DNA from: an uncultured Gammaproteobacteria bacterium | GTDB taxonomy: Bacteria > Pseudomonadota > Gammaproteobacteria > SZUA-229 | Assembly (NCBI GenBank): GCA_963711255.1 | Contig: CAVQDO010000006.1 | Span: 1,491 to 65,490 of the forward strand | Reading direction: 5' to 3' | Length of the DNA stretch: 64,000 nucleotides | Shown here: positions 40,793-53,400 of the stretch, piece by piece | Layout of the letters: every line of letters begins with the position of its first letter | How positions within the stretch are numbered: position 1 is the stretch's first letter | Notes under the pieces: model-generated | Databases searched by the model: none | What the model was told of the DNA's origin: nothing | What the model saw: only the letters and a program-made list of their open reading frames with translations | Made by a program: the position numbers and the translations under genes

Positions 40793-42325
40793 TTATAGTT
40801 TTGAAACAGCAATATGCTGCAGGAAATTTTCCACACTGGCATGCATGACATCAACAACCGGTGCAGGCCATAAACCTAAAACCAGGACGGCAATCGCCAG
40901 TGTTGCCATAATGACAAACTCACGTGAATTAAGATCCTGCAAGGCACGCACACCTTCATTAGCTATCTCACCGTAGAAAACCCGCTTCACCATCCATAAG
41001 GTATAAGCCGCGCCCAGTACCAGGGTCATCGCAGCAAGGAAGGCATACCAGAAATTCGCTTTAAAGCTGGCGATAATTACCATGAATTCACCGACAAAAC
41101 CCGAGGTACCCGGCAGGCCGGCATTGGACATGGCAAAGAAAACCGCGAAGGCTGCAAATATCGGCATGGTATGCACAACACCACCGTAAGCGTTAATTTC
41201 ACGGGTATGCATACGGTCGTACAGGACGCCGATCATAAGGAACATTGCACCAGATATAAAACCGTGTGAAATCATCTGGATCATGGCGCCTTCAACAGCA
41301 AGGGCTGCGCCACTGCCAATACCGCCACCCTGTGCATTGGCCGGGTTCTCCCATATCTGGAAAACCACGAACAGACCTAAGGTAACAAAACCCATGTGTG
41401 CAATCGATGAATACGCCACCAGTTTTTTCATGTCTTTCTGCACCAGCGCAACAAAGCCGATATACACCACGGCAACCAGCGACATAAAGATAATTAACCA
41501 GTCCAGCGAGCTCGATGCATCCGGTGTTATCGGCAGACTAAAACGGATGAAACCGTAGCCGCCAATTTTCAGCATGATCGCCGCCAGTATAACGGAACCG
41601 CCGGTTGGCGCTTCCACGTGTGCGTCAGGCAGCCAGGTATGCACCGGCCACATCGGAACCTTAACTGCAAAGGCCGCAAGGAAAGCGAAGAAAATCAGAA
41701 TCTGCTCATTCAAGGTCAGCTTCAGCATATGCATATCTAAAATCGCAAAGCTGCCTCCCTTGTAATACATGTAAATCAGTGCCACCAGCATGAATACCGA
41801 GCCGATGAAGGTATAAATAAAGAACTTGATAGTCGCGTAAACCCTGCGTTCACCACCCCAGACACCGATCAGAATAAACATCGGTACCAGCATTGCTTCC
41901 CAGAACACGTAGAAGAAAATAGCATCCAGCGCAGCAAACACAGCGACCATTAAACCTTCCATAATCAGGAATGCAGCTAAATATTGCGATGGCTTTTTCT
42001 TGATCACTTCCCAGCCGGCCAGTACAACCAGAATGGTAGTAAAGGTAGTCAGGATAATTAACGGCATGGAAAAACCGTCAACACCAAAATGATAATTGAT
42101 ATTAAACGACGGGATCCAGGCAGCTTTCTCAACAAATTGCATCGCTGATGTTGAAGAATCAAAGCCGGTATACAAACCTAAACTTAATACAAAGGTTGCA
42201 ATCGAAATAACCAGGGATAGTACGCGCACGCCATTAGCGTCGCCTTTATCGCCAGAAAGCAGCACAGCTATGCCGCCCAGAATGGGCAACCAGACGATCA
42301 AACTTAGTAAAGGTAAATCAGACAT
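40793..42325 (-). CDS. nuoM: NADH-quinone oxidoreductase subunit M
   Basis: Antiporter-like subunit; start chosen at MSDLPLL. Confidence 0.9.
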   Translation of the reverse strand: MSDLPLLSLIVWLPILGGIAVLLSGDKGDANGVRVLSLVISIATFVLSLGLYTGFDSSTSAMQFVEKAAWIPSFNINYHFGVDGFSMPLIILTTFTTILVVLAGWEVIKKKPSQYLAAFLIMEGLMVAVFAALDAIFFYVFWEAMLVPMFILIGVWGGERRVYATIKFFIYTFIGSVFMLVALIYMYYKGGSFAILDMHMLKLTLNEQILIFFAFLAAFAVKVPMWPVHTWLPDAHVEAPTGGSVILAAIMLKIGGYGFIRFSLPITPDASSSLDWLIIFMSLVAVVYIGFVALVQKDMKKLVAYSSIAHMGFVTLGLFVVFQIWENPANAQGGGIGSGAALAVEGAMIQMISHGFISGAMFLMIGVLYDRMHTREINAYGGVVHTMPIFAAFAVFFAMSNAGLPGTSGFVGEFMVIIASFKANFWYAFLAAMTLVLGAAYTLWMVKRVFYGEIANEGVRALQDLNSREFVIMATLAIAVLVLGLWPAPVVDVMHASVENFLQHIAVSKL

Positions 42326-42439
42326 AGTATTCCTGCGCAATTAATGAAGATTGAAAATTGAAGAATGAAGAATCCCCCATTACCCAATCAGCATTGTTTG
42401 TCTTTAGCTTTTTATTATTCATTGTTCTTTTTCACTGCT

Positions 42440-44443
42440 TTACAGAAGCAGGCCTATGGCAAACAGCATAAGCACACCAATAATCATGGCGAATGCATAG
42501 TGATAAAGCATACCTGTTTGCGTGCGACGGGCGATACCGGCAAACCAGCCAACCAGCCTGGCAGAACCATTAACCAGTACACCATCGATAAAGCCTACAT
42601 CGCCCACCTGCCATAAACGATTACCCAGTAAACGGCTGCCACCACCGAAAACGATTGAATTAAAATCATCAAAGTAATATTTACGGTCGAGCAAGTTGAA
42701 GATAAAAATGAAACGCTGCTTCAGGCTGGTCGCTATGTCCGGCTGCTTCATGTAAATAAACCATGCTGAGAAAACGCCCAGTGCTGCCAGGTAAAATGCC
42801 GGGCCAGCAAAACTATGTTCAACAAATGCCCAGGCACCGTGGAAATGCTTACCCACTTCAGCAAGACCGATGTGATGTTCAGCGATATAAATCGCACTGC
42901 CGAAATAATCACCAAACAGCATATCGCCGATAGTAAAACCACCGATAAATACTGAAGGAATCGCCAACAGGATTAATGGCACCGTTACCACCCAGCCCGG
43001 CTCGTGCAAATGTTCTTTGGTGTGTTTATCCATACGCTCTTTACCATGGAACACCAGGAAGAACATACGGAAAGAATAAAACGCGGTAATAAATACACCG
43101 GAGAGCACCGCCATATAGGCAAACTCGTGACCCGGAATAGTTGAATGATGTACCGCTTCAATAATGCTGTCTTTTGAAAAGAAGCCGGAAAAGCCGGGGA
43201 AACCAATCAAAGCCAGCGAACCAACCAGTGAGGTCCAGTAAGTAATCGGCAGGTATTTCTTCAGGCCGCCCATCTTGCGCATGTCCTGTTCGTGATGCAT
43301 GGCAATAATCACCGAACCCGCTGCGAGGAATAACAGCGCTTTAAAGAATGCGTGAGTCATTAGATGGAACACCGCAGCTGAATACGCCGAGGCACCCAGT
43401 GCAACCGTCATGTAACCCAGTTGCGACAGAGTCGAATAAGCAACAACACGTTTAATATCATTCTGCACGATACCGATCAGGCCCATCAGGAAGGCAGTCA
43501 GCGAACCGATGATGATGATAAAGCTGAGTGCAGCGTCAGACAGTTCAAACAGCGGTGACATGCGAGACACCATGAAAATACCGGCAGTCACCATGGTCGC
43601 CGCGTGGATCAGTGCAGAAATCGGTGTCGGGCCTTCCATTGAATCAGGCAGCCAGACATGCAGTGGAATTTGTGCTGACTTACCCATGGCACCAATAAAT
43701 AACAGAATACAGATTACGCTAACCACATTCCATTCAGAACCCGAGAAAATACTCATGGTTTGTGATGACATCGCATCCGCTTTGGCAAACACTTCGTAAT
43801 AATCCAGGCTGCCGGAATACATAACGACCGCGGAAATACCCAGGATAAAACCAAAGTCACCGACACGGTTCACCAAAAACGCTTTCAGGTTTGCATACAC
43901 CGCCGTTGGCCGCACCGACCAGAAACCAATCAGTAAATAAGAAACCAGGCCAACCGCTTCCCAGCCAAAGAACAGCTGCATGAAGTTATTGGACATCACC
44001 AGCATCAGCATGGAGAAAGTAAACAACGAAATATAACTGAAGAAGCGCTGGTAGGAATTAGTTCCGGCAAGGCTTTCTTTCGGCCAGTTATGCAGATCAT
44101 CCGCCATGTAACCGATGGTGTAAATATGCACCATCAGTGAAACGCCGGTAACCACCGACATCATCATCACGGTCAGGTTATCAATCAGGAAACCGACTTC
44201 AAAGCGAATGCCGTCTGACACCATCCATTCGTAAACTGAATGGTTATAGGCCGGGGCACCATTCCAGACATGGTGATTCAGTGCCAGCAGAGATAATACA
44301 AAAGAAGTACCAACACCTAATATGGTTACAGTATGCGCACCTTTACGGCCGATTTGCGCACCAAAAAACCCGGCTATAATCGCACCAAAAAGTGAAGCGA
44401 GCGGAATTCCTAAATAAAGTGTGCTCATAGACATGTCCATCAT
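42440..44443 (-). CDS. nuoL: NADH-quinone oxidoreductase subunit L
   Basis: 667 aa antiporter-like subunit with long C-terminal region. Confidence 0.9.
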   Translation of the reverse strand: MMDMSMSTLYLGIPLASLFGAIIAGFFGAQIGRKGAHTVTILGVGTSFVLSLLALNHHVWNGAPAYNHSVYEWMVSDGIRFEVGFLIDNLTVMMMSVVTGVSLMVHIYTIGYMADDLHNWPKESLAGTNSYQRFFSYISLFTFSMLMLVMSNNFMQLFFGWEAVGLVSYLLIGFWSVRPTAVYANLKAFLVNRVGDFGFILGISAVVMYSGSLDYYEVFAKADAMSSQTMSIFSGSEWNVVSVICILLFIGAMGKSAQIPLHVWLPDSMEGPTPISALIHAATMVTAGIFMVSRMSPLFELSDAALSFIIIIGSLTAFLMGLIGIVQNDIKRVVAYSTLSQLGYMTVALGASAYSAAVFHLMTHAFFKALLFLAAGSVIIAMHHEQDMRKMGGLKKYLPITYWTSLVGSLALIGFPGFSGFFSKDSIIEAVHHSTIPGHEFAYMAVLSGVFITAFYSFRMFFLVFHGKERMDKHTKEHLHEPGWVVTVPLILLAIPSVFIGGFTIGDMLFGDYFGSAIYIAEHHIGLAEVGKHFHGAWAFVEHSFAGPAFYLAALGVFSAWFIYMKQPDIATSLKQRFIFIFNLLDRKYYFDDFNSIVFGGGSRLLGNRLWQVGDVGFIDGVLVNGSARLVGWFAGIARRTQTGMLYHYAFAMIIGVLMLFAIGLLL

Positions 44444-44445
44444 GC

Positions 44446-44763
44446 TTATCCTTTCAATGCGTCGAGTTCTTCGACATCAATCGTTCTACGGCTACGGAAC
44501 AGGGTAACCAGTATCGCCAGGCCGATAGCCGCTTCAGCAGCAGCCACCGTCAGAATAAAGAAAACGAAAACCTGGCCAGCCGGATCATTCAGATAGTGCG
44601 AGAATGCAATAAAATTAATATTTGCCGCCAGCAGCATTAATTCGATACACATCAGTAACACCACGATATTTTTTCTATTGAGGAAAATCCCGGCGACACT
44701 GATAGCAAATAATATTGCTGCAAGGGTCAGGTAACTGGTTAAACCGATCATACTTGTTTCCAT
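44446..44763 (-). CDS. nuoK: NADH-quinone oxidoreductase subunit K
   Basis: 105 aa, 3 TM helices. Confidence 0.9.
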   Translation of the reverse strand: METSMIGLTSYLTLAAILFAISVAGIFLNRKNIVVLLMCIELMLLAANINFIAFSHYLNDPAGQVFVFFILTVAAAEAAIGLAILVTLFRSRRTIDVEELDALKG

Positions 44764-45377
44764 TACTTGAGCACCTCTGAATCTGACTCAATAATTTTAA
44801 GACGGTCATTACGTTTAACTTTTATCTGGTTAGCCGGCGTCTGGTATTTAGTCTTAGGCCGTTTGCGCAGTGTTAATGTTATTGCCGCGATAATAGCGAC
44901 CAGCAGAATAACTGCCGCAATTTCAAACGCCAGCACATAATCGGTATAAAGTATTTCGCCCAGTGCTTCGGTATTACTGTAATCCGCCGCATGCTTCACT
45001 GCTTTATCCAGTGACGGGATACCCATTACATCAGGACCGACAGGTCCGACCACGTAGATCATCACCGCCAGCATCAACAAGGCAAACAATATGCCAACTG
45101 GCAAATAGCCAACAAAACCTTCTCGCATTTTTGCAATATTGATATCCAGCATCATCACTACAAACAGGAACAGCACCATGACCGCACCGACATAAACCAG
45201 TACTAGTGTAATCGCTAAAAACTCCGCTTCCAGCATTAACCAGATTGCCGAGCAGCTAAAAAATGTCAACACCAGGAACAATACTGAATGCACCGGGTTT
45301 TTCGAGGCAACCACACCTAATGCTGAGGCAATAACAACGCCGGCAAAAGCAAAAAATAAAAAATCAGTTATTGTCAT
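44763..45377 (-). CDS. nuoJ: NADH-quinone oxidoreductase subunit J
   Basis: 204 aa membrane subunit. Confidence 0.88.
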   Translation of the reverse strand: MTITDFLFFAFAGVVIASALGVVASKNPVHSVLFLVLTFFSCSAIWLMLEAEFLAITLVLVYVGAVMVLFLFVVMMLDINIAKMREGFVGYLPVGILFALLMLAVMIYVVGPVGPDVMGIPSLDKAVKHAADYSNTEALGEILYTDYVLAFEIAAVILLVAIIAAITLTLRKRPKTKYQTPANQIKVKRNDRLKIIESDSEVLK

Positions 45378-45410
45378 TTTTAATTAATCCTGTTCAGCTC
45401 AGCTAGTAGA

Positions 45411-45899
45411 CTAGCGATAAGGCGCATCAGCCTGTTTATTGGCAGCAATCTCTGCTTCATATTTGTCACCGATTTCCAGCAACATTTCTTTCGTCATCAC
45501 CTGTTTACCGTGCTCTTCAAAGTGATATTCGAAAATATGGGTTTCCACAATGGAATCCACCGGGCAGGCTTCTTCACAAAAGCCGCAATAAATACATTTG
45601 AATAAATCAATGTCGTAACGCGTGGTACGACGGGTACCGTCTTCACGTTCTTCGGAATCTATGGTGATTGCCAGTGCCGGACAAACCGCTTCACATAATT
45701 TACAGGCAATACAGCGCTCTTCACCATTGGCATAGCGACGCAGTGCATGCAGCCCGCGAAAACGCGGAGACATCGGTGTTTTTTCTTCCGGGTACTGAAC
45801 CGTGATTTTTGGTGCGAACAGGTATTTACCGGTAACGCTTAAGCCTTTCAGCAACTCAAAAAAGGTGAAACTCTTAATAAAATGCTTTATAGAATTCAT
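45411..45899 (-). CDS. nuoI: NADH-quinone oxidoreductase subunit I (2x[4Fe-4S] ferredoxin-like)
   Basis: Two CxxCxxCxxxCP motifs ([24 protein letters not shown]); start set at MNSIKHF (ATG 45899) to avoid overlap with nuoH. Confidence 0.9.
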   Translation of the reverse strand: MNSIKHFIKSFTFFELLKGLSVTGKYLFAPKITVQYPEEKTPMSPRFRGLHALRRYANGEERCIACKLCEAVCPALAITIDSEEREDGTRRTTRYDIDLFKCIYCGFCEEACPVDSIVETHIFEYHFEEHGKQVMTKEMLLEIGDKYEAEIAANKQADAPYR

Positions 45900-45909
45900 A
45901 TCGCTACCC

Positions 45910-46998
45910 CTACACTCCGCCTGCAACAGCCCATGGGCCGACTTCAGCAACGACCATTACTGCTTCAACAAACAGCCAGACAATAGTTACCGGAATAAAT
46001 ACTTTCCACCCCAGGCGCATGATCTGGTCATAACGATAACGCGGGAAGGTGGCACGGAACCAGAGGAAGCAGAAGGCAAATATGCACGCCTTGGCAAAGA
46101 ACCAGAATAAACTGGTGGCACCTAACCAGTGTCCGGCTTCGACCATGCCTTCAAATGGTGACAGCCAGCCGCCAAGAAACATTAATGCGGTTAATGAAGA
46201 AATTAAAATGATATTGGCGTATTCCGCGAGGAAGAACACGGCAAATGCCATGCCTGAGTACTCGACGTGGAAACCGGCAACAATTTCTGATTCACCTTCA
46301 GCGACATCAAACGGTGCACGGTTAGTTTCCGCAACACCGGAAATAAAATAGACAAAAAACAGAGGCAGTAATGGCCAGATATACCAGCTCGATATGCCGC
46401 CCGCCTGGCCTTCAACAATGTCGCCCATGTTCAGACTACCACTCGCCATGAGTACACCAACCAGGGCAAAACCCATGGCAATTTCATAAGCAACAATTTG
46501 CGCACCAACACGCAATGAACTCAAAATAGCGTATTTGGAATTCGACGCCCAACCGGCAATAATAACGCCGTATACACCGATAGAAGTCAGCGCCAGAACA
46601 TAGAGCAAGCCGGCATTAACATCGGCCAGCACCATGCCACGATCAAACGGAATGACCGCCCAGGCGGCAAGTGCAGGCATAATCGATAAAATCGGTGCGA
46701 TCAAAAACAGAAACTTGTCCGATTTGGTTGGAATAATTACTTCCTTGAACAGCAGTTTCATGGCATCCGCAATCGGCTGCAACCAGCCCCGGAAACCCAC
46801 ACGGTTAGGCCCAATACGAATCTGCATGTAGCCAATTATCTTACGCTCGGCGTAAGTGATATAGGCAACACAAAGCATCAGCGGCAATAAAATCAATATA
46901 ATCTTGCCCAGGATTAAAAACAGGGTCTGCCAGTCCGCCGGAAACCAGTTCCATAGATCGAGACCGAAGGCGATCAAATTATCCATTATCTCACTCAT
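45910..46998 (-). CDS. nuoH: NADH-quinone oxidoreductase subunit H
   Basis: 362 aa, 8 TM helices, conserved NuoH sequence. Confidence 0.92.
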   Translation of the reverse strand: MSEIMDNLIAFGLDLWNWFPADWQTLFLILGKIILILLPLMLCVAYITYAERKIIGYMQIRIGPNRVGFRGWLQPIADAMKLLFKEVIIPTKSDKFLFLIAPILSIMPALAAWAVIPFDRGMVLADVNAGLLYVLALTSIGVYGVIIAGWASNSKYAILSSLRVGAQIVAYEIAMGFALVGVLMASGSLNMGDIVEGQAGGISSWYIWPLLPLFFVYFISGVAETNRAPFDVAEGESEIVAGFHVEYSGMAFAVFFLAEYANIILISSLTALMFLGGWLSPFEGMVEAGHWLGATSLFWFFAKACIFAFCFLWFRATFPRYRYDQIMRLGWKVFIPVTIVWLFVEAVMVVAEVGPWAVAGGV

Positions 46999-49517
46999 GC
47001 GTTCGCTGCCTCTACCATTACCGCTTTAATTGTCACTTCATCAAATGCCGAACCGAGTATTTCATTACCTTCAACAGCCGAAGGAATCCACGCCGATGCA
47101 TCAGGCACAGTATCATCAGCTACCAGGGTTAAAGTCATATTAACGTTACCCTGTTCAACCGTAACCATGCTCGCGTTGCCAAGACCCAGACGTTCAATTT
47201 CTGCACTGTTTAAACGTACACACATGGTTTGCCGGTCAACGGTTTCCTGCAGTGAAGCGGCGCGGCGAACAACGGCATCAGTGGCGTACATCGGAACATC
47301 TGAAGAACGGTGGATGCCATTTGCTGCCTTGATCTTGATTGCTGCAACGGCTGCATGGTCAATCGCATTGGATAATTCGATAGCTTCACATTGCGAACGC
47401 AGTTCATTCTTTACATCTTGCGACGAAAGATAATCAAAACCGTCAACATCAGAAAGATTGGCCAGTACCCGCAGTATTTTCCAGGCTGGACGGGCACCGC
47501 CTTTCGGCTCGAGCACACCCTTGAAACTTTGCCAGAAGCCTTCGGCATTCACATAGCTGCCCGAAGTTTCCATTAAGCCGGCCGCCGGTAACATAACATC
47601 AGCAAGCTGCTTCACAGAGGCAGAACTATAAGCAGAAACAGAAACCACGAAGTCCGCCTCATCTAATGTTGCCATCAGTGCTTTGGCATCAATCGCATCG
47701 GTATCCGGTTCGATATTTAACAATAAACAGGCCGCCAGTTTTTCTGAGTAAAGCTCGGCAACATTTTTTCCGCTAACAGCATCGGCAGAACCGCCCGTTC
47801 CACGGTGAGGTACCGCACCTGCCAGCCATGCACCGGCGGCATTACAGCCATCGGTCAAATAACCAAAGCTACTGCCTGTTTCGCTTGCAATGGCTTCGGC
47901 CAGGGCGCGAAGTGCAGAAAACTGCGGATGCATATGGGCTATATTTCCCAGTAATACGGTTGCAGATTCAGCATCGTTCAACTGTTGCGCTATCGCTGTG
48001 TGTGATGCGCCGCTATCAGCAGCTGAAACCGCAGCCGACAGGCTGGCCGGAACAACGTTACCACTTAAGCTGAAAGCAGCCGCAGCAATCGCGGCAAGCT
48101 CGGCCACCATGTTCTGTTGCGCAACCGCAATATTATTAGCGACCGGGAAATTAAAATCGTATTCGCGTGTATTCAGAAAAGAAATCTGCGCGTTATTGTT
48201 TACCGCGGCCTTGCGTAAACGAAGATTGGCAATCGGCTGTTCTTTACGAACGTTTGAGCCAACCAGTAAAGCAGCATTCAGCTTTTCCAGTTGTGCGATA
48301 TCCTGACCCAGCCAGGGCATAACCGGCGCGAGATCCTGGTCAGAGAAATCTGTCTGGCGCAGACGGAAATCAATATTGCCGCTGCCCAGTCCGCGCATTA
48401 GTTTTTGCGCCAAATACAGTTCTTCCAGTGTTGAATTAGCTGAAACCAGCGCCGCCATTTCAGCGTTCGCTACTTCAGCAGCTTCGGCCTCAACTGCTTC
48501 TTCTTTATCAGCATCGGCATCTGTATTTCCGTCTGCGGCTTCTTCGGCATCAGCGGCTTCCTGCTCAGCTATAAGCTGTGCAGATTTTAAATCAGCAACA
48601 GCCTTGAATTTATCAGCAACCAGTTTCAGTGCTTCATCCCAGTTGGCGGCCTGCCACTGGCCGTCACGTTTAATCATTGGCGTGGTTAAACGGTCTTCCG
48701 TGTCGACCCCTTCATAACTGAAACGGTCACGATCGGATAACCAGACTTCGTTAATCGCCTCATTTTCGCAAGGTACAACACGAATCACTTCACCGCGTAA
48801 AGTGTGTGCATAGACATTTGAACCAATGCAATCGTGTGCAGCAATGGTTTTATGCTGAACCATCTCCCAGGCACGGGCTGCGTAACGCGAAGGTTTTGCG
48901 GTTAATGCACCAACAGGACAAACATCGATAGCGTTACCTGACATTTCCGAATTAACACACTCATCAACAAAGGTTGAAATCAGGGCATTCTCACCACGGC
49001 CAGTCATACCCAGTTCGCGCATACCGGCAATTTCACGGCCAAAACGCACGCAACGTGTACAGTGAATACAGCGGGTCAGTTCTGTCTCAATCAGCGGACC
49101 GATATTTTTATCAAAAACAACACGCTTGGTTTCTACGTATTGCGATACGTCCTGGCCATAAGCAACAGCAACATCCTGCAGTTCACACTCACCGCCCTGG
49201 TCACAGATCGGGCAATCCAGCGGGTGATTAATCAGCAGGAACTCCATCACTGACTTTTGCGCATCTTTGGCGTATTTTGAATGCGTATGTACGACCATGC
49301 CATCCATAACCGGTGTGGCACAGGCAGGCAATGGCTTGGGCGCTTTTTCAACTTCGACCAGGCACATGCGGCAGTTTGCCGCGATCGCTAATTTTTTGTG
49401 GTAACAGAAACGCGGCACTTTTATGTTTTGCGCATCAGTCACTTCAATCAGCATGGCTCCCTTTGGCGCCTGCACTTCCTGACCGTCTACTGTAATTGTT
49501 ACGAATTCTTCAGACAT
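46995..49517 (-). CDS. nuoG: NADH-quinone oxidoreductase subunit G
   Basis: N-terminal 2Fe-2S/4Fe-4S Cys clusters, molybdopterin-oxidoreductase-like fold; contains an Ala/Glu/Asp-rich low-complexity insert (…[36 protein letters not shown]…). Confidence 0.92.
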   Translation of the reverse strand: MSEEFVTITVDGQEVQAPKGAMLIEVTDAQNIKVPRFCYHKKLAIAANCRMCLVEVEKAPKPLPACATPVMDGMVVHTHSKYAKDAQKSVMEFLLINHPLDCPICDQGGECELQDVAVAYGQDVSQYVETKRVVFDKNIGPLIETELTRCIHCTRCVRFGREIAGMRELGMTGRGENALISTFVDECVNSEMSGNAIDVCPVGALTAKPSRYAARAWEMVQHKTIAAHDCIGSNVYAHTLRGEVIRVVPCENEAINEVWLSDRDRFSYEGVDTEDRLTTPMIKRDGQWQAANWDEALKLVADKFKAVADLKSAQLIAEQEAADAEEAADGNTDADADKEEAVEAEAAEVANAEMAALVSANSTLEELYLAQKLMRGLGSGNIDFRLRQTDFSDQDLAPVMPWLGQDIAQLEKLNAALLVGSNVRKEQPIANLRLRKAAVNNNAQISFLNTREYDFNFPVANNIAVAQQNMVAELAAIAAAAFSLSGNVVPASLSAAVSAADSGASHTAIAQQLNDAESATVLLGNIAHMHPQFSALRALAEAIASETGSSFGYLTDGCNAAGAWLAGAVPHRGTGGSADAVSGKNVAELYSEKLAACLLLNIEPDTDAIDAKALMATLDEADFVVSVSAYSSASVKQLADVMLPAAGLMETSGSYVNAEGFWQSFKGVLEPKGGARPAWKILRVLANLSDVDGFDYLSSQDVKNELRSQCEAIELSNAIDHAAVAAIKIKAANGIHRSSDVPMYATDAVVRRAASLQETVDRQTMCVRLNSAEIERLGLGNASMVTVEQGNVNMTLTLVADDTVPDASAWIPSAVEGNEILGSAFDEVTIKAVMVEAANA

Positions 49518-49542
49518 AATATTTTTTTATCCGCAAATAATC

Positions 49543-50874
49543 TCAGGCAGCCTTAATCATGCTGTGTTTATGCTCAACATAATATTCAAATTCGTGGCGA
49601 AAGTGTTTCAGAAAACTGCGCACCGGCATCGCCGCAGCATCACCCAGCGCACAAATGGTTCTGCCTTCTATTTTACTGGCAACATCATCCAGTTTATCGA
49701 GGTCAGCCATGGTGCCCTTGCCCTCAACAATACGCGTCAGCATACGGTATAACCAGCCGGTGCCTTCACGGCAGGGAGTACACTGGCCACAGGATTCTGA
49801 AAAATAGAACTGTGATATACGGCGCAGCGCCTGCACCATGTCAGTGGTTTCATCCATTACGATAACCGCACCGGAACCCAGCATAGAGCCGGCGGCAACC
49901 ACGGAGTCATAATCCATATTGGCCTGCATCATGATATCGCCAGGAACAACAGGAACCGATGAACCGCCTGGAATAACGGCTTTTAACTGGCGGCCGTCTT
50001 TTACACCACCGGCCATTTTCAGCAGATCGGCAAATGATGTACCCATAGGCACTTCAAAGTTGCCTGGTTTGTTAACGTGGCCGGAAACAGAAAACAGTTT
50101 CACGCCACCGCTGTTTGGTATACCTAAATTCTGGAACCATTCACCACCGTTGCGCATAATTGCAGGGATCGATGACAGTGTTTCGGTATTATTGATCGTA
50201 GTCGGTTTGCCATAGAGGCCAAAGTTAGCCGGAAACGGCGGTTTAAAACGTGGCAGACCGCGCTTACCTTCCAGTGAATTTAACAGCGCGGTTTCTTCGC
50301 CGCAGATGTAGGCGCCGGCGCCCAGTGAAGCGTGCAGATCGATACTGACATCGCTGCCTAAAATATTCTCACCCAGCAGGCCTTTGTCATACGCTTCTTT
50401 TAATGCCTGTTTGAAATGAATCGCCGGCTCGTCCATAAACTCGCCGCGCATATAGTTATAACCAGCGGTAGCACCCATGGCGTAACAGCCAATAGCCATA
50501 CCTTCAACCAGTGCATGCGGGTTATAGCGCAGAATTTCGCGGTCTTTACAGGTGCCGGGTTCGCTTTCATCCGAATTACACACCAGGTATTTCTGTACCG
50601 GTGCCGTACGCGGCATAAAGCTCCACTTCAGGCCGGTAGGAAAACCTGCACCACCGCGGCCACGCAGGCCGGACTTTTTAATTTCTTCAACCACATCTTC
50701 CGGCGAAATTTTTTCTTTAAGAATTTTTCGCCAGGCCTCGTAGCCACCGGTTTTCAGGTAGTTTTCGTAGGACCAGGGTGTATCCTCAAACTGCAGTGTG
50801 GCAAAACACACCTGCTCGTTTTTGGTATTAACCATTGGTTTGGTCACTTCAGGTTTCACAGTGGGTGCAGACAT
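49543..50874 (-). CDS. nuoF: NADH-quinone oxidoreductase subunit F
   Basis: NADH/FMN-binding (GRGGAGFPTGLKW), 4Fe-4S motif (ESCGQCTPCREG). Confidence 0.93.
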   Translation of the reverse strand: MSAPTVKPEVTKPMVNTKNEQVCFATLQFEDTPWSYENYLKTGGYEAWRKILKEKISPEDVVEEIKKSGLRGRGGAGFPTGLKWSFMPRTAPVQKYLVCNSDESEPGTCKDREILRYNPHALVEGMAIGCYAMGATAGYNYMRGEFMDEPAIHFKQALKEAYDKGLLGENILGSDVSIDLHASLGAGAYICGEETALLNSLEGKRGLPRFKPPFPANFGLYGKPTTINNTETLSSIPAIMRNGGEWFQNLGIPNSGGVKLFSVSGHVNKPGNFEVPMGTSFADLLKMAGGVKDGRQLKAVIPGGSSVPVVPGDIMMQANMDYDSVVAAGSMLGSGAVIVMDETTDMVQALRRISQFYFSESCGQCTPCREGTGWLYRMLTRIVEGKGTMADLDKLDDVASKIEGRTICALGDAAAMPVRSFLKHFRHEFEYYVEHKHSMIKAA

Positions 50875-50882
50875 AAGACCGA

Positions 50883-51401
50883 TTACTCCAGAGCATCCAG
50901 AATCTCATCCACTTTTTCAGGAGTAAGATTTTCATAATAAACATGGTTAACCTGCATCATCGGGCCGCCGGCGCAGGCCGCCAGGCACTCTTCTTCTTTT
51001 TTCAGATAGATGCGGCCATCATCAGTGCTCTCACCCAGTTTAATACCGAGTTTGCTTTCCACATGGTCAACGATAGTCTGTGACCCCATCAGCATGCAGC
51101 TGATATTGGTACAGATCGCAATATTATTGCGCGCCACCGGTTTCAGCTCGTACATCGAGTAAAAACTGGCGACTTCGTAAACTTCAATTTTCGCCAGCCC
51201 CAGGTAATCGGCAACAGCGGTCATTAACTCGTCGGTTAAAAAGCCCTTGTTTTCGTGCTGCACGACATTAAGCGCACCCAGCAATGCAGACTTTTTCTGC
51301 TCAGCCGGAAAATGCGACACTAGCTCATCAATCTCTTCTCGCGCATGCGCAGACAGTGACGGTATTACTTCGACCTTGATAGTTGTAGTTGTAGCAGTCA
51401 T
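50883..51401 (-). CDS. nuoE: NADH-quinone oxidoreductase subunit E
   Basis: 172 aa, thioredoxin-like 2Fe-2S subunit (CxxxxC...CxxxC). Confidence 0.9.
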   Translation of the reverse strand: MTATTTTIKVEVIPSLSAHAREEIDELVSHFPAEQKKSALLGALNVVQHENKGFLTDELMTAVADYLGLAKIEVYEVASFYSMYELKPVARNNIAICTNISCMLMGSQTIVDHVESKLGIKLGESTDDGRIYLKKEEECLAACAGGPMMQVNHVYYENLTPEKVDEILDALE

Positions 51402-52654
51402 TAACGATCAACCTCGCCAAACACGATATCCTGCGTACCAATGATGGCAACCACATCAGCCAGCATGTGGCCACTGACCATTTCATCGAGTGCAGACAGG
51501 TGCACAAAACCGGGTGCACGAATTTTTAAACGATAGGGTTTATTAGCACCATCCGATACCAGGTAACAGCCAAACTCACCCTTGGGATGCTCAACCGCAG
51601 CGTAAGCCTCGCCTTCGGGCAGGCAAAAGCCTTCGGTAAATAATTTGAAATGGTGAATCAATGATTCCATGTCGGCTTTCATGCCTTCACGTTTTGGCGG
51701 CGCGATTTTCTGATTATCGACAATAACCGGGCCATCATTTTCACGCAGCCATTCAATACATTGTTTGATAATACGGTTTGACTCACGCATTTCCTGAATG
51801 CGTACCAGGTAACGATCGTAACAGTCACCGTTGGTACCGACAGGTATATCAAATTTCATGCGGTCATAAACTTCGTAAGGCTGTTTCTTGCGCAGATCCC
51901 AGGCAATACCCGAACCACGAATCATCGGACCGGTAAAACCCAGCGCCATGGCACGTTCCGGAGAAACAATACCGATATCAACGGTACGCTGTTTCCAGAT
52001 GCGGTTATCGGTTAGCAGGGTTTCATACTCGTCAACATAACCCGGGAAACGATTGGTAAAGTCTTCCAGGAAGTCGAGCAATGAACCTTCACGATTTTCA
52101 TTCAGTTTGTTGACTTCACGCTGGCTGTGCCATTTTGATTTTTTATAATGCGGCATGGTGTCGGGCAAATCACGCGCCACACCGCCGGGACGGTAGTAGG
52201 TTGCATGCAGGCGCGCACCGGAAACGGCTTCGTAGCAGTCCATTAAATCTTCGCGTTCACGGAAAGCATAAAGGAACATGGTCATGGCACCAACGTCCAG
52301 CGCATGCGCACCAATCCATAACAGGTGATTCAAAATACGGGTCACTTCATCGAACATTACGCGAATATATTGCGCACGTTCCGGCACCTGGATATTCATC
52401 AGGTTTTCCATTGCCATGACGTAACCGTGCTCATTACACATCATTGATACGTAATCCAGGCGATCCATATAACCGATACTCTGGTTATAGGGCTTGGACT
52501 CCGCCAGCTTTTCGGTAGCGCGGTGCAATAAACCGACATGCGGATCGGCACGTTCGATAACTTCACCATCCATTTCCAGCACCAGGCGCAGTACGCCATG
52601 GGCAGCCGGATGCTGCGGCCCAAAGTTTAATGTATAGTTACGAATTTCAGGCAT
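51401..52654 (-). CDS. nuoD: NADH-quinone oxidoreductase subunit D (separate from NuoC, not fused)
   Basis: [25 protein letters not shown]-terminus, 49-kDa subunit. Confidence 0.93.
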   Translation of the reverse strand: MPEIRNYTLNFGPQHPAAHGVLRLVLEMDGEVIERADPHVGLLHRATEKLAESKPYNQSIGYMDRLDYVSMMCNEHGYVMAMENLMNIQVPERAQYIRVMFDEVTRILNHLLWIGAHALDVGAMTMFLYAFREREDLMDCYEAVSGARLHATYYRPGGVARDLPDTMPHYKKSKWHSQREVNKLNENREGSLLDFLEDFTNRFPGYVDEYETLLTDNRIWKQRTVDIGIVSPERAMALGFTGPMIRGSGIAWDLRKKQPYEVYDRMKFDIPVGTNGDCYDRYLVRIQEMRESNRIIKQCIEWLRENDGPVIVDNQKIAPPKREGMKADMESLIHHFKLFTEGFCLPEGEAYAAVEHPKGEFGCYLVSDGANKPYRLKIRAPGFVHLSALDEMVSGHMLADVVAIIGTQDIVFGEVDR

Positions 52655-53390
52655 CTGCGCTCTCCGCATTCAAATCGTCTGCCGCCGCATCACTATCGAA
52701 GCGGCCGTCATCACGTATCACACGCGGCACCAGTACCCGTGGTTCAATACTGACTGGTTGATAAATTACACGTTTCTGCTGTTCGTCATATTTCATTTCG
52801 ACATGACCGATCAGCGGGAAGTCTTTTCTAAATGGATGACCAACAAAACCATAGTCGGTCAGAATGCGACGTAAGTCAGGATGGCCTTCAAAGATAATGC
52901 CGTACAGGTCAAACGCTTCACGCTCGAACCAGTTGGCTGCGGGCCAGATTTCGATAACCGATGGCACCACCGGCACTTCTTCACTGTCACAGTAAACACG
53001 TACACGTAAGCGGTGATTATGTGTCACCGACATCAGGTGATAAACCGCGGCAAATCGCGGGCGGTCCTTATTCACATGATCAGGCTCATCGCCAAAGCGC
53101 AAACGCGCACCGGTGGAAGGTTCAACACCACGGCTAAATCCGGTAGATGAAGTTGAATCAGTCGCCCATTCAACATTACCGTATTCCGAGTAATCTACGC
53201 CACAGACGTCGATCAGCTGTTCAAATTTCAGCGCCGAGTCATCACGCAGCGCCTGGAAAACAGGCAATGCGTCTTTTGCTGAAATTTCGATAGTTACTTC
53301 GCCAAAGACATCATTTTGCACTACTTCATTGCTTTGAAGTTTTGTTGAAAATGCACCGGCCAGGGCTGCAGATAATTCTTGAACATTCAT
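52647..53390 (-). CDS. nuoC: NADH-quinone oxidoreductase subunit C
   Basis: 30-kDa subunit, 247 aa with acidic C-terminal tail. Confidence 0.9.
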   Translation of the reverse strand: MNVQELSAALAGAFSTKLQSNEVVQNDVFGEVTIEISAKDALPVFQALRDDSALKFEQLIDVCGVDYSEYGNVEWATDSTSSTGFSRGVEPSTGARLRFGDEPDHVNKDRPRFAAVYHLMSVTHNHRLRVRVYCDSEEVPVVPSVIEIWPAANWFEREAFDLYGIIFEGHPDLRRILTDYGFVGHPFRKDFPLIGHVEMKYDEQQKRVIYQPVSIEPRVLVPRVIRDDGRFDSDAAADDLNAESADA

Positions 53391-53400
53391 ACAGCCTTAC

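Noticed and set aside
45411-45950. Longer NuoI start at 45950 ([10 protein letters not shown]…)
   Set aside because: It would overlap nuoH by 41 nt and add a non-conserved N-terminus. The ATG at 45899 (MNSIKHF) gives the typical ~163-aa NuoI.
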